From positions 1-39,683 of IMG/VR virus record IMGVR_UViG_3300034025_000014: 39,683 nt of DNA; one strand, written 5' to 3'. Under the pieces are notes generated by a model, which was given only the letters and a program-made list of their open reading frames with translations, did no database searches and was not told where the DNA came from. The translations under genes were made by a program, and so were the position numbers. Shown piece by piece: positions 8,611 to 16,218 of the stretch; the first letter of the stretch is position 1; every line of letters begins with the position of its first letter. Source of the DNA: a virus (lineage: Duplodnaviria > Caudoviricetes).

Positions 8611-10962
8611 TTAAATGATTGTGGTCAAGTTTATCACCAAAGCTTTACCCTTGGCATCAATTACCACGTAGGCGCAAGCTGTTTTTGCCTTCAATGTGGC
8701 ATCTTCAAGCACGAATCCACCTTTGCTGTTCGCTGTCACGTTGTCAAAGCTGCGGATTAGTTCGCGGGTTGCCGGGTTGAATACCTGAATCAGCAGTTTC
8801 GTCATCTTTTTAAGATTGACGTTGCTTGAGACGGTTATCTTGCCTTTCTTCGCTGGCGTTGGCGGAGGAATGACGACTGGCGGGGGCAGCGTAACAGGGG
8901 GCGTTACCGTTACATCAGTGCGCGGAATGATGTCCCATTGCGGGTTCTGGCTGTAGTTTGGCTTGACCAAGCGCTTATCGAACACGCTCCACGCTTTGGT
9001 AGCTCCTGGCGCGTTCAATGTAGCAGCGAGCGCCACTGCTGGCTGTACCTGAGCTGGCACGCCTAACACAAAGTCAGAATAGCCCATGAATCGACCAGCA
9101 GGCCAGCCATACGTGCCGCCGTGGATATAGCTGAGATAGTCGCCTTGCGCCTGGCTGTAGCACGGCAGGTCGATAAACTTGACGCCTGACGGGCCTGCTC
9201 GCAATTCGTCGTTGTCGTTCTTTATCATGTCGCCGCTATAGTTTGCTTTGTAGAGATCAGCAAACGTGGAATACACCTTGCCATCACGCCCAACGCCATC
9301 GCGCAGGTTGCCAATCCCGTATGCAGTGGACATAATTGGGCAATAGCCGGGATCAGTCAGGCGACCAGTAGCAAACTTCGATTTCCACTCGAATACCGGT
9401 CGTGCCTGCTCAAAGTTAAGCTCCACCAGATAGCCGAGCGCCCAAGTAAAGAATGCGTCTTGCCATGGTGATGCGCCTTGAATGCCGGTTCTCTGGTCAG
9501 TATCGAAAAAAGCGTTCTCGCCCGAACCATCATAGGCGCCAAGGTTGTTCGGATTGCCGACAACGTAGGTCTGATGGTAGAAATCGAGGTTGTTTGCCAC
9601 CTGCTTGACGAAATAGGTTTTCATCGGATCGGCATCAGGCGATGCGTATGCAGCATCACCTAATGTGCGCAAGCCCCATGCTTGACCGCGCAGCTGGTGC
9701 CAGCGCATTAACCCTAAGCCAGCATGATCCTCTGGCGAAGTCTCAAGCGGGTTCGTCGCAGCCCAGAATTGCAATTCTTCCAGATAAAAGCGTTCACCAG
9801 TTACGAGGTATGGCAAGTAAGCCAGCGATGGCAAGTGAGCCGGGTCATGGCTGTAAGCTTGTGCGCCGCCGTTTGCAGCGTAGCGCGGGATCGGAAATGG
9901 ATATTCGGGCTTGTCAATCGCGTTCCAGTGCGTAGAAATGCGCTTGTTCGCTGCGTTGTCTGTGCGGATTGGGGCGCCGGTCTTTTCATCTCGGTAGTGC
10001 ATGTTCCATGCGCCTGAGCCATCAGCGGCTGCAATCATGGCGTCCTTGGCGCGCTTGTCCATGCTCAACAGGTAGATTACCGTGAACTCTGGCAGCGGCC
10101 CGATATCGCCACGACCACCAGCGTTATGCATGTCAGGGTTCAGCGGGCCAATCTTGAGCAGTCCGCTATTATCTGGCGTCAGCGCCCCGCCCCAGCGCTG
10201 CAATACTTCCTCTGGAATCGTCAGCTGCTCGTAGTTGCTCACGGCGCGCGAGGCGATCAGGTACGCCGTATTGTGCTGAATGTGGATTGCTGGCGTGGCG
10301 CCGGTCCAAAAGTATTGATGCCAGCGCGAGTGGTGATAGTGCGTCAGCGCCTTCTGACTAAATACCGTCTTGCCGCTGATATCGACACTCACATCGTATG
10401 TGAATTGGCCGGCGTTCGGTTGCCACGTCTTCGTGTTCTCAACGATCACTTCTACGCGAACCGCTTTTGTAGCGTGGTAGAGCCTAGCAGCGAATTTGAC
10501 CGTTAGCAGGGGATGCGCGGCGCCGGACTTGTCTACCAGCGGCGCATCAAAGCTCATTTCGTCTACGATATTGCCGAGCATCCAATGGGCCTGATCGTTC
10601 CAGCTTTGCGGCATGGCTGCGGTGTAGACTGCGCCGGCAATGGTAAGCGTGACCTTTGCATCAACGCTCGGCCAAGCATGGAAGCCATCACTCACCCTTG
10701 CGGTCTTCACCAGATCAAACTTCGCTGTAGCGTCCTTAGCAAGCGATGGCAGTATCCCCGATACAATCGCATGGCGCACCGACTTATCGCCGTGGCTGGC
10801 CTTAAAATCGACCTGGAGCGGGATCGTCGAACCATCCGACAATTTACCAGCCAGCCCTTCCCCCTGCATCAGATCGCCAGCTTTGAATACCTGGCTGAAG
10901 GTGAAAGGTACGTTGCTTTGCGCCTCTCCTGTGTTCTGTATGCGGATATCGGGCAATGACAT
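8611..10962 (-). CDS. Large putative polysaccharide-active protein (beta domains plus alpha/alpha toroid, PcRGLX/YetA-like), Pro-rich linker, small C-terminal domain
   Basis: PFTFSQVF..LQVD..HGDKSVRHA N-terminus; YLPYLVTGERFYLEEL and QLRGQAWGLR helical repeats; TPPVTLPPPVVIPPP linker. Function is inferred. Confidence 0.5.
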   Translation of the reverse strand: MSLPDIRIQNTGEAQSNVPFTFSQVFKAGDLMQGEGLAGKLSDGSTIPLQVDFKASHGDKSVRHAIVSGILPSLAKDATAKFDLVKTARVSDGFHAWPSVDAKVTLTIAGAVYTAAMPQSWNDQAHWMLGNIVDEMSFDAPLVDKSGAAHPLLTVKFAARLYHATKAVRVEVIVENTKTWQPNAGQFTYDVSVDISGKTVFSQKALTHYHHSRWHQYFWTGATPAIHIQHNTAYLIASRAVSNYEQLTIPEEVLQRWGGALTPDNSGLLKIGPLNPDMHNAGGRGDIGPLPEFTVIYLLSMDKRAKDAMIAAADGSGAWNMHYRDEKTGAPIRTDNAANKRISTHWNAIDKPEYPFPIPRYAANGGAQAYSHDPAHLPSLAYLPYLVTGERFYLEELQFWAATNPLETSPEDHAGLGLMRWHQLRGQAWGLRTLGDAAYASPDADPMKTYFVKQVANNLDFYHQTYVVGNPNNLGAYDGSGENAFFDTDQRTGIQGASPWQDAFFTWALGYLVELNFEQARPVFEWKSKFATGRLTDPGYCPIMSTAYGIGNLRDGVGRDGKVYSTFADLYKANYSGDMIKNDNDELRAGPSGVKFIDLPCYSQAQGDYLSYIHGGTYGWPAGRFMGYSDFVLGVPAQVQPAVALAATLNAPGATKAWSVFDKRLVKPNYSQNPQWDIIPRTDVTVTPPVTLPPPVVIPPPTPAKKGKITVSSNVNLKKMTKLLIQVFNPATRELIRSFDNVTANSKGGFVLEDATLKAKTACAYVVIDAKGKALVINLTTII

Positions 10963-10972
10963 GGGGCGCCTT

Positions 10973-11013
10973 AAAAAAATCCCCGCTTACCAGAGCGGCT
11001 GCGGGGATTTAAA
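10973..11013 (-). terminator. Intrinsic terminator in the leader of the late operon
   Basis: AAATCCCCGC-14 nt-GCGGGGATTT plus T tract, 10 nt before the 783-aa ORF start. Confidence 0.75.
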
Positions 11014-11041
11014 GTATTACCAGGGATGGGGATGAGCCAAG

Positions 11042-11070
11042 ACTATAGTTTGCTCGCATACATCGGGCAA
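11042..11070 (-). promoter_or_regulatory. Putative late promoter (pR'-like)
   Basis: TTGCCC-17 nt-TATAGT. Confidence 0.6.
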
Positions 11071-11081
11071 GTCAAGCATAT

Positions 11082-11158
11082 TGGAGCCGATAGCAAGGGT
11101 TCGAACCCGCGACATCTTCCTTACAGGGGAAGCGCTCTGCCAACTGAGCTATACCGGC
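11082..11158 (-). tRNA. tRNA-Thr(UGU), atypical: C33 and one extra base in the T arm
   Basis: GCCGGTA TA GCTC AGTTGGCA GAGC G CTTCC CCTGTAA GGAAG ATGTC GCGGG TTCGAAC CCTTGC TATCGGC T CCA. Confidence 0.88.
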
Positions 11159-11167
11159 AAAATTCTT

Positions 11168-11245
11168 TGGTCTGAGCTGGTGGATTTGAACCACCGATAT
11201 CCCGCTTCCAGGGCGGGTGACTTGACCGGACTAGCCTAAACTCAG
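11168..11245 (-). tRNA. tRNA-Pro(UGG), atypical: C33 and A37
   Basis: CTGAGTT TA GGCT AGTCCGGTCA AGTC A CCCGC CCTGGAA GCGGG ATATC GGTGG TTCAAAT CCACC AGCTCAG A CCA; C1-G72 and A73 are Pro identity elements. Confidence 0.88.
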
Positions 11246-11306
11246 ATATCGCCTGCCCCTTGGTCACCCAAAGCGTATGGCAGGCCGCAAAACAATTATG
11301 CCACAA

Positions 11307-11447
11307 CTAATAGCCCGGGCCACCATGGAAATCTGCCTTGCGTTGTTCTTCGTCGTCAGTAGCGCCCCATGCAATGAGCTTGCCTACTGCTATTGGTGCA
11401 GCAATGAACAGGAGAATGCAAAGACCGATGAGTGCGAGAGTTTCCAT
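11307..11447 (-). CDS. Small single-TM protein (46 aa, not in ORF track)
   Basis: METLALIGLCILLFIAAPIAVGKLIAWGATDDEEQRKADFHGGPGY; GAAAGGG RBS. Confidence 0.6.
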   Translation of the reverse strand: METLALIGLCILLFIAAPIAVGKLIAWGATDDEEQRKADFHGGPGY

Positions 11448-11463
11448 GGTGCCCTTTCAGTGG

Positions 11464-12045
11464 TTATCCGTTAGCCAATGCTTTGGGTACTTCGTCTTTG
11501 TGAATCGTCTTCTTAAAGCCAATTCCTGCGGCAACGTGATAAACCACAATCCCTTCTGGGTTCATGAAGCCAGGCGCAATCAAGCTTCCGCCTTTGCTAA
11601 GATCAGCCATGATCTGATCGACGTCGATGTCAGTAAAGATACCCCTCGCAATTACAGGCACTGTACCGCAACATGTCGGACGTACTGCATCATCCTGCCA
11701 GCGCGAGACATTGAACAGGGCAAATTGCTTCTCCTGCTGATCATAACGCCGCTGAATGCCTGATCCCCACCATTCACCAAAATGACGACCAGGACCAAGC
11801 TTTAACAATTCTTCTGCATTCGCCTCAGCCCATTTAGCGAAACCGTAATTGTCGTCTTTAGTTGAAAGCCAGCGCGTACGGCTTCCCGCATACAGTGCAA
11901 GCCCTCCACTTTGGTAAATTGCCCCAGCGGCGTCATACCCATCAAGCTCTACGATACCTACTTGCGCATTTGTACCGTCAACTTTTTCAGTGACGATAAC
12001 CTCACGCGAAAGGCGGGCCATTTTTGGAAAGTCCATGAATTCCAT
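11464..12045 (-). CDS. RNA ligase (Rnl2-like nucleotidyltransferase core)
   Basis: Motifs I TEKVDGTN, Ia SRTR, III FGEWWG, IIIa FALF, IV EGIVV, V FKKT; start chosen from the AAGGA RBS. Confidence 0.85.
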   Translation of the reverse strand: MEFMDFPKMARLSREVIVTEKVDGTNAQVGIVELDGYDAAGAIYQSGGLALYAGSRTRWLSTKDDNYGFAKWAEANAEELLKLGPGRHFGEWWGSGIQRRYDQQEKQFALFNVSRWQDDAVRPTCCGTVPVIARGIFTDIDVDQIMADLSKGGSLIAPGFMNPEGIVVYHVAAGIGFKKTIHKDEVPKALANG

Positions 12046-12092
12046 TTGCATTCCTTCTTTATGTGCTGGCCGGATCGCAGGCCAGCTTTGCG

Positions 12093-12773
12093 TTAAATCC
12101 CGAGCGCCGAGAATATCGACTGCTTCGGCAACTTTGGCGCGTGCCATTTCTGCCTTACCCGCTGCACCAGATCAATGACAGGAGGTTGCCAGCCCGCTAT
12201 GTAGACCGCCCATACGGTATGCGTTACCTTCGGGCCAGAAATACGCATCAGCCGCTTTGTATCCTCAAGCTCGCGCAGAATAGCGAATACGACATTTGAG
12301 TCAGCATCGCAGCCACGTACTATCTCCATAGTCTTGCATTTGCCGTTAGCCTGAACAAACTGCGCTACTTTCTCAAGCAAGCCGGGATGCTTTTGTTCCC
12401 TTGCGGTGCGCTTCTTGGCAAGCTTCCAGAGCCGATTGTAGTCGCGCGTCTTTTCGTTAGCCTTGATATCGTAATGCCGCTGCTTTGCAGTTCGCCTGGC
12501 TGGTCGCGCGACATCAGGATCGCTACCAAGCTCGTAGACCGGCGCCAAGCACCCTTGAGTGCGCAGCCATCTGCAAACACGGATACGCCCTGGCAGCATT
12601 TCCCTTACCTGTTTGAGCATGGCATTGACTGCCGACTTTGTACAGAACATCTTGCTCGTCAAATCTTCGGAACTGCATGGCGCTTCTGCCAGCGCTTCCA
12701 TCATGCGCTTGTATCTTTGATGCGACCCGATGGTTTTAAATGGTATTGAAAGCTCAGCGTATGGACTACGCAT
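12093..12773 (-). CDS. Tandem winged-HTH-like protein
   Basis: Two helix-turn-helix-plus-wing-like segments joined by a basic linker; TAATG coupling. Confidence 0.55.
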   Translation of the reverse strand: MRSPYAELSIPFKTIGSHQRYKRMMEALAEAPCSSEDLTSKMFCTKSAVNAMLKQVREMLPGRIRVCRWLRTQGCLAPVYELGSDPDVARPARRTAKQRHYDIKANEKTRDYNRLWKLAKKRTAREQKHPGLLEKVAQFVQANGKCKTMEIVRGCDADSNVVFAILRELEDTKRLMRISGPKVTHTVWAVYIAGWQPPVIDLVQRVRQKWHAPKLPKQSIFSALGI

Positions 12774-12967
12774 TACAGTCTCTCCACAGTAGCAAGGCAC
12801 GATAAAGATTCGCTAGCAGTAGTGCCAAGGTATTCGTCCAGCTCATAATTGCCAATTGCACGAAGCTGCTCCTGCATCATCAGCGCCGCCTCTACCAGCT
12901 TGCGCCAGGTGGAAGGGGATACGATCACGCCAGCGGATAGGTCTGTTTTGATTTGCTCGATGTTCAT
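12773..12967 (-). CDS. Hypothetical protein
   Basis: 64 aa from MNIEQIK; overlaps both neighbours. Confidence 0.65.
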   Translation of the reverse strand: MNIEQIKTDLSAGVIVSPSTWRKLVEAALMMQEQLRAIGNYELDEYLGTTASESLSCLATVERL

Positions 12968-13134
12968 ACGATCGCCTTTCCGAAGAAACCGCCCCAATAG
13001 AGCAAGCCAATTAGCACCGCATTCCGCAACATAACGGCACCAAGTGATACTTGCGTTGCCTGCCTATTCCTCATCGTGGTGGCGCCAAAACCAATCGCTA
13101 TTAACACGATTAAAATGATTGCTGGTGTACTCAT
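12964..13134 (-). CDS. Small two-TM membrane protein (56 aa, not in ORF track)
   Basis: MSTPAIILIVLIAIGFG...LLYWGGFFGKAIV; GAGG RBS. Confidence 0.65.
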   Translation of the reverse strand: MSTPAIILIVLIAIGFGATTMRNRQATQVSLGAVMLRNAVLIGLLYWGGFFGKAIV

Positions 13135-13175
13135 CCCGTTACCTCTTCTTTTTGATTAAGCGCCTCACGCGCAAA

Positions 13176-14108
13176 TTAATATCTAACCGGCAACGCGTAA
13201 CCTTTACGCCCGCCCGCACCGTCAATGCCATAGCTGCACGGCATTTCATTTAGGTTTTCGACGTACTGCTGTGAATCTACGTCGAACCAAAATCCTAATT
13301 TCCCTTCATATTCCCCGTTGCGCTGCTTTTCACATGCCAACACGCAAGTTGGATTTCCGTTGTTCTCCTGCGCGGCGATCTTGTCGCGCCAGACGATGAA
13401 TACGTTATCTACCTGATCGGAGATCGCGCCAGAGCCTTTGATGTCGAATTTACCGGGTGCCTTGTGTTCGCTTTCGCTTTTCTTCACGTGGTGGACAAGA
13501 TGAACATGCACGTTATGTGCCTGAGCGAAAGCGCACAACTCGTTGACGAAATCTTTCTGCCCGTTGTAGTCGTCTTCGCCCTTTACGCATTTCATCATGC
13601 TATCGACCACAAACTGTGTGATGCCGAATTTCTCCCGGGCGTACCGCATCACTGCGATAACCTTCTTCCATTCGACCGCGCCAACATGGTCATACATCCA
13701 AAGGCGCCCATCCGTCCACTGGTGAAACACTTCCAACCACTCGCGGCTAGGAAGGCGGCTACCGCATCCCTGGCGGCTCATACGGTGCATCTGGCGAACT
13801 GGCTTCATTTCAAACGATGCGACCATGACTTTTTCAGCCTGGTAGCAAAGGTCAATTGTCACTTGCGACAGGAACATTGACTTGCCATGCCCGTTGACGC
13901 CGGCCCACAAAGATACTTCACCCGGGCGAAACCTGACTTTATCCTTCGCCTTCGCCCACAACATACCCGGGTGTAAGCCTTGGTCGTCTGGCGCGTAAAA
14001 CGCATCAATCGTACCGTCAAGCCAGTCCGAAGCTGGCATTACCCGGTGTTCTTCTTTGTCTTGCATGTACTGCGCAAAATCAAAGTCTGTTTCCTCAATC
14101 AGTTGCAT
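13176..14108 (-). CDS. DnaB-like SF4 helicase (T7 gp4/Twinkle-like helicase domain, no primase domain)
   Basis: Walker A AGVNGHGKS, SFEM, VVDS, HLVHH, DIKGSGAI, KQRNG. Confidence 0.9.
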   Translation of the reverse strand: MQLIEETDFDFAQYMQDKEEHRVMPASDWLDGTIDAFYAPDDQGLHPGMLWAKAKDKVRFRPGEVSLWAGVNGHGKSMFLSQVTIDLCYQAEKVMVASFEMKPVRQMHRMSRQGCGSRLPSREWLEVFHQWTDGRLWMYDHVGAVEWKKVIAVMRYAREKFGITQFVVDSMMKCVKGEDDYNGQKDFVNELCAFAQAHNVHVHLVHHVKKSESEHKAPGKFDIKGSGAISDQVDNVFIVWRDKIAAQENNGNPTCVLACEKQRNGEYEGKLGFWFDVDSQQYVENLNEMPCSYGIDGAGGRKGYALPVRY

Positions 14109-14524
14109 AGTGCATCTTTCTTGTACACGCGGCCAACCGCAAAATCTTCGTTTTGAAAGTCAAGCCAAAGAGTGAAATCAATCTCCCACTTCCACATGGC
14201 TTGCGGCTTGCCAATGTCACCATCTTGCGGCAGCAACCAGACTGTTGCGCCCCAATTACCTGGAACATTCCAGACGCAAAGATACTTCGGTCTACATAGC
14301 ATCATGGCTTTCACCATGCTTGACCAATCATCGTCGTCGTTCACATACACGCCAATTTCCAGGTTTCGAATCCAGCGCCAGTCGTATTCGGCCCCTACTT
14401 GCGCCAGAACTGCCGGGTTATCAGTGTCTGGCTTACCAGTAAGCGAGACAATGACCATATCCGCAGGCTTCATGCCGTTCGCCCGGGCGGCTATGATTGC
14501 TTGGGCGCCTTCTGCGAGCTTCAT
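14099..14524 (-). CDS. Hypothetical protein between initiator and helicase
   Basis: ATGA overlap with the initiator stop; alpha/beta pattern. Confidence 0.7.
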   Translation of the reverse strand: MKLAEGAQAIIAARANGMKPADMVIVSLTGKPDTDNPAVLAQVGAEYDWRWIRNLEIGVYVNDDDDWSSMVKAMMLCRPKYLCVWNVPGNWGATVWLLPQDGDIGKPQAMWKWEIDFTLWLDFQNEDFAVGRVYKKDALCN

Positions 14525-15198
14525 TCCCAATCTTTCATAGCAGGCTTTGCAGCAAGCAAGTCACCTTCTTTCAGCCACGATGCCTCAAAGCCCTGCCAGC
14601 CACGGCGACACGCAATCCTCAAAGCACCATCCAGCGGTATTCCAGCCTTACCCGCTTCTACTACGATCCCATCAAGTGCCGAGGAAGTCAGCGGCGCGCG
14701 CTTGGTTTTTCTCACAGAAAGGAAGTCTTCAGCAAGTTGTGTTGGAACGCCAAGCTTTTCCAATTCTTTGCGAGGATCAAAGCGCGACGAAGTTGCGGCG
14801 CCCTGCGTGTTCCCTTCCTTTCCTTTCCCTTCCTTCCTTCCTTCCCCTAGCACGCGTGGGGACGCGCCTTTCACGCGTGAAAGCAAAATGCTTTCAGATT
14901 CCCGATTGTTGATCACTTGGTGAGATTTGAAGCTTGGAATCTCTGCATACTCCCGACCGTCATCACCTGTCATTATGTTGATTAGCTTCTGCGAAACAAG
15001 TTCAGCCGCCAAGACTTCGATATCCACTTTGTCTTTCGGGAAGTAGCGAAATTTCAGGGTATCCGTATTCCATGAAAGCAAACCTTCCCGGTCAGACTCA
15101 CACCACAGTGACACGTAAAAGAGGCGTGCAAGTGGCGTCAAAGACAGGATATCGGAGCTTGTAAAAAACTCTGGCTTGATGGTTCTAATTCGTGCCAT
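14521..15198 (-). CDS. Phage replication initiator / replisome organiser
   Basis: MARIRTIKPEFF N-terminus, DREG, GEGRKEGKGKEG linker, RGWQGF C-terminal motif. Confidence 0.85.
   Translation of the reverse strand: MARIRTIKPEFFTSSDILSLTPLARLFYVSLWCESDREGLLSWNTDTLKFRYFPKDKVDIEVLAAELVSQKLINIMTGDDGREYAEIPSFKSHQVINNRESESILLSRVKGASPRVLGEGRKEGKGKEGNTQGAATSSRFDPRKELEKLGVPTQLAEDFLSVRKTKRAPLTSSALDGIVVEAGKAGIPLDGALRIACRRGWQGFEASWLKEGDLLAAKPAMKDWE
14851..14883. repeat. Palindromic ACGCG boxes, candidate origin
   Basis: CACGCGTG, GACGCGCC and the perfect 16-bp palindrome CTTTCACGCGTGAAAG inside the initiator gene. Confidence 0.45.
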
Positions 15199-15329
15199 GG
15201 CAAAACCCTTTAGTGGCAACACTCGTAAGGTTGCGTCCCGGACCAGATGGCATGATGCCGAATGAGGGGCTTACGAGTATTGCCAATGAAAGATTTTGCA
15301 TGTGGTTCTGGTCCTATAGTGGCCGCAAC
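15196..15329 (-). ncRNA. C4/CI-like antisense RNA element with upstream target
   Basis: 16-bp stem 15214-15229/15270-15285; internal CTGGTCC and GCAAC are complementary to upstream GGACCAG and GTTGC. Confidence 0.65.
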
Positions 15330-15405
15330 AGCCGGGGTGTTGAAGCAAGCTCAACAGGAACTATATTCCCATACTCATTGACGAATCGCAAGCCGTTTCC
15401 ACTTT

Positions 15406-15522
15406 TTATTTCTGCGCAGGCTTGAATGTGCCGGTGAACAGGTAGCGATCCTCCAGGCGCTTGACCATAGCTGCATGGTCAGCAGGGGCAGGGAGGGGAG
15501 CGGGGAGGGCGGGGGTGGTCAT
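15406..15522 (-). CDS. Small Pro-rich protein (38 aa, not in ORF track)
   Basis: MTTPALPAPLPAPADHAAMVKRLEDRYLFTGTFKPAQK; ATGA overlap with the HD gene stop. Confidence 0.45.
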   Translation of the reverse strand: MTTPALPAPLPAPADHAAMVKRLEDRYLFTGTFKPAQK

Positions 15523-16025
15523 GCTTTCACCTGAGCGCGAGCCATCATTAACAGCCGCGCATCAGCCTTGGTCATCGCATCCAGAAGCAAGCGCTTTTCT
15601 TCAAGGTAAGTGACAGCAAACTTCGGATCATGCATGACGATGCTTGAAGTATTGCTAATCAAGTCCGCACACTTGATGTTTTGAATCCAGCCGGCGCAGC
15701 CAGCAAGACGATCACGAGCTTTTTGCTTACGTTCTGCACGGTTACCCGTTTCGACATCGGAGAGGCCCGAAACCCCTAGCGCTACTTGAAAACCAAATCG
15801 ATTTTCAATATCTTCCAGAGTGACACCGCAATCCTCAACTGAATCGTGAAGCCATGCCACAGCAAGCGTAACTTCGCGGTTGTCGATAGTGCTAATAATC
15901 CCGGCCACTTCCGCCAAGTGATCGGCGTAAGGGTTACCGGTATATTTGCGCTGCTGCGCACGATGCACATGGCGAGCAAAAAGCATCGCATCGTAGGCAA
16001 GTCCGTATGTATATTCCATCATCAT
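15519..16025 (-). CDS. HD-domain small alarmone hydrolase-like protein (SpoT/Mesh1 type)
   Basis: H..Q.RK..G.PY..H, LHDSVED, IKCADLISN. Confidence 0.85.
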   Translation of the reverse strand: MMMEYTYGLAYDAMLFARHVHRAQQRKYTGNPYADHLAEVAGIISTIDNREVTLAVAWLHDSVEDCGVTLEDIENRFGFQVALGVSGLSDVETGNRAERKQKARDRLAGCAGWIQNIKCADLISNTSSIVMHDPKFAVTYLEEKRLLLDAMTKADARLLMMARAQVKA

Positions 16026-16029
16026 TCTC

Positions 16030-16218
16030 CTAGATCATTTTCCAGCCGACCAACTCGGCATAGCCTGGTACTTGGTGATACCCGTTGTCATCCACATAGA
16101 CCTGTAAGCGGGCCTCTGAGCCATCAGCGCGGACGCCGATGATAACCATGCCCTCTTTGTTCGGGATGCTCGCTAAGGGGCGGATATCGGGCTTGCGGGA
16201 CTGGCGGTTCAGGTTCAT
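16030..16218 (-). CDS. Hypothetical protein
   Basis: 62 aa from MNLNRQ; AAGGA RBS; ATGA overlap. Confidence 0.6.
   Translation of the reverse strand: MNLNRQSRKPDIRPLASIPNKEGMVIIGVRADGSEARLQVYVDDNGYHQVPGYAELVGWKMI

Noticed and set aside
11121-11212. Calling the tRNAs Tyr(GTA) and Ser(GGA) from CT-GTA-A and CT-GGA-A
   Set aside because: The 5-bp stems centre TGT and TGG, the long variable arms of Tyr/Ser tRNAs are absent, and acceptor identities fit Thr and Pro
11121-11306. 61-aa ORF from the track
   Set aside because: It runs through both tRNA genes; spurious
15484-15518. G-rich tract with G-quadruplex potential
   Set aside because: Explained by CCC/GCC codons of a Pro-Ala-Leu repeat on the minus strand; no independent support
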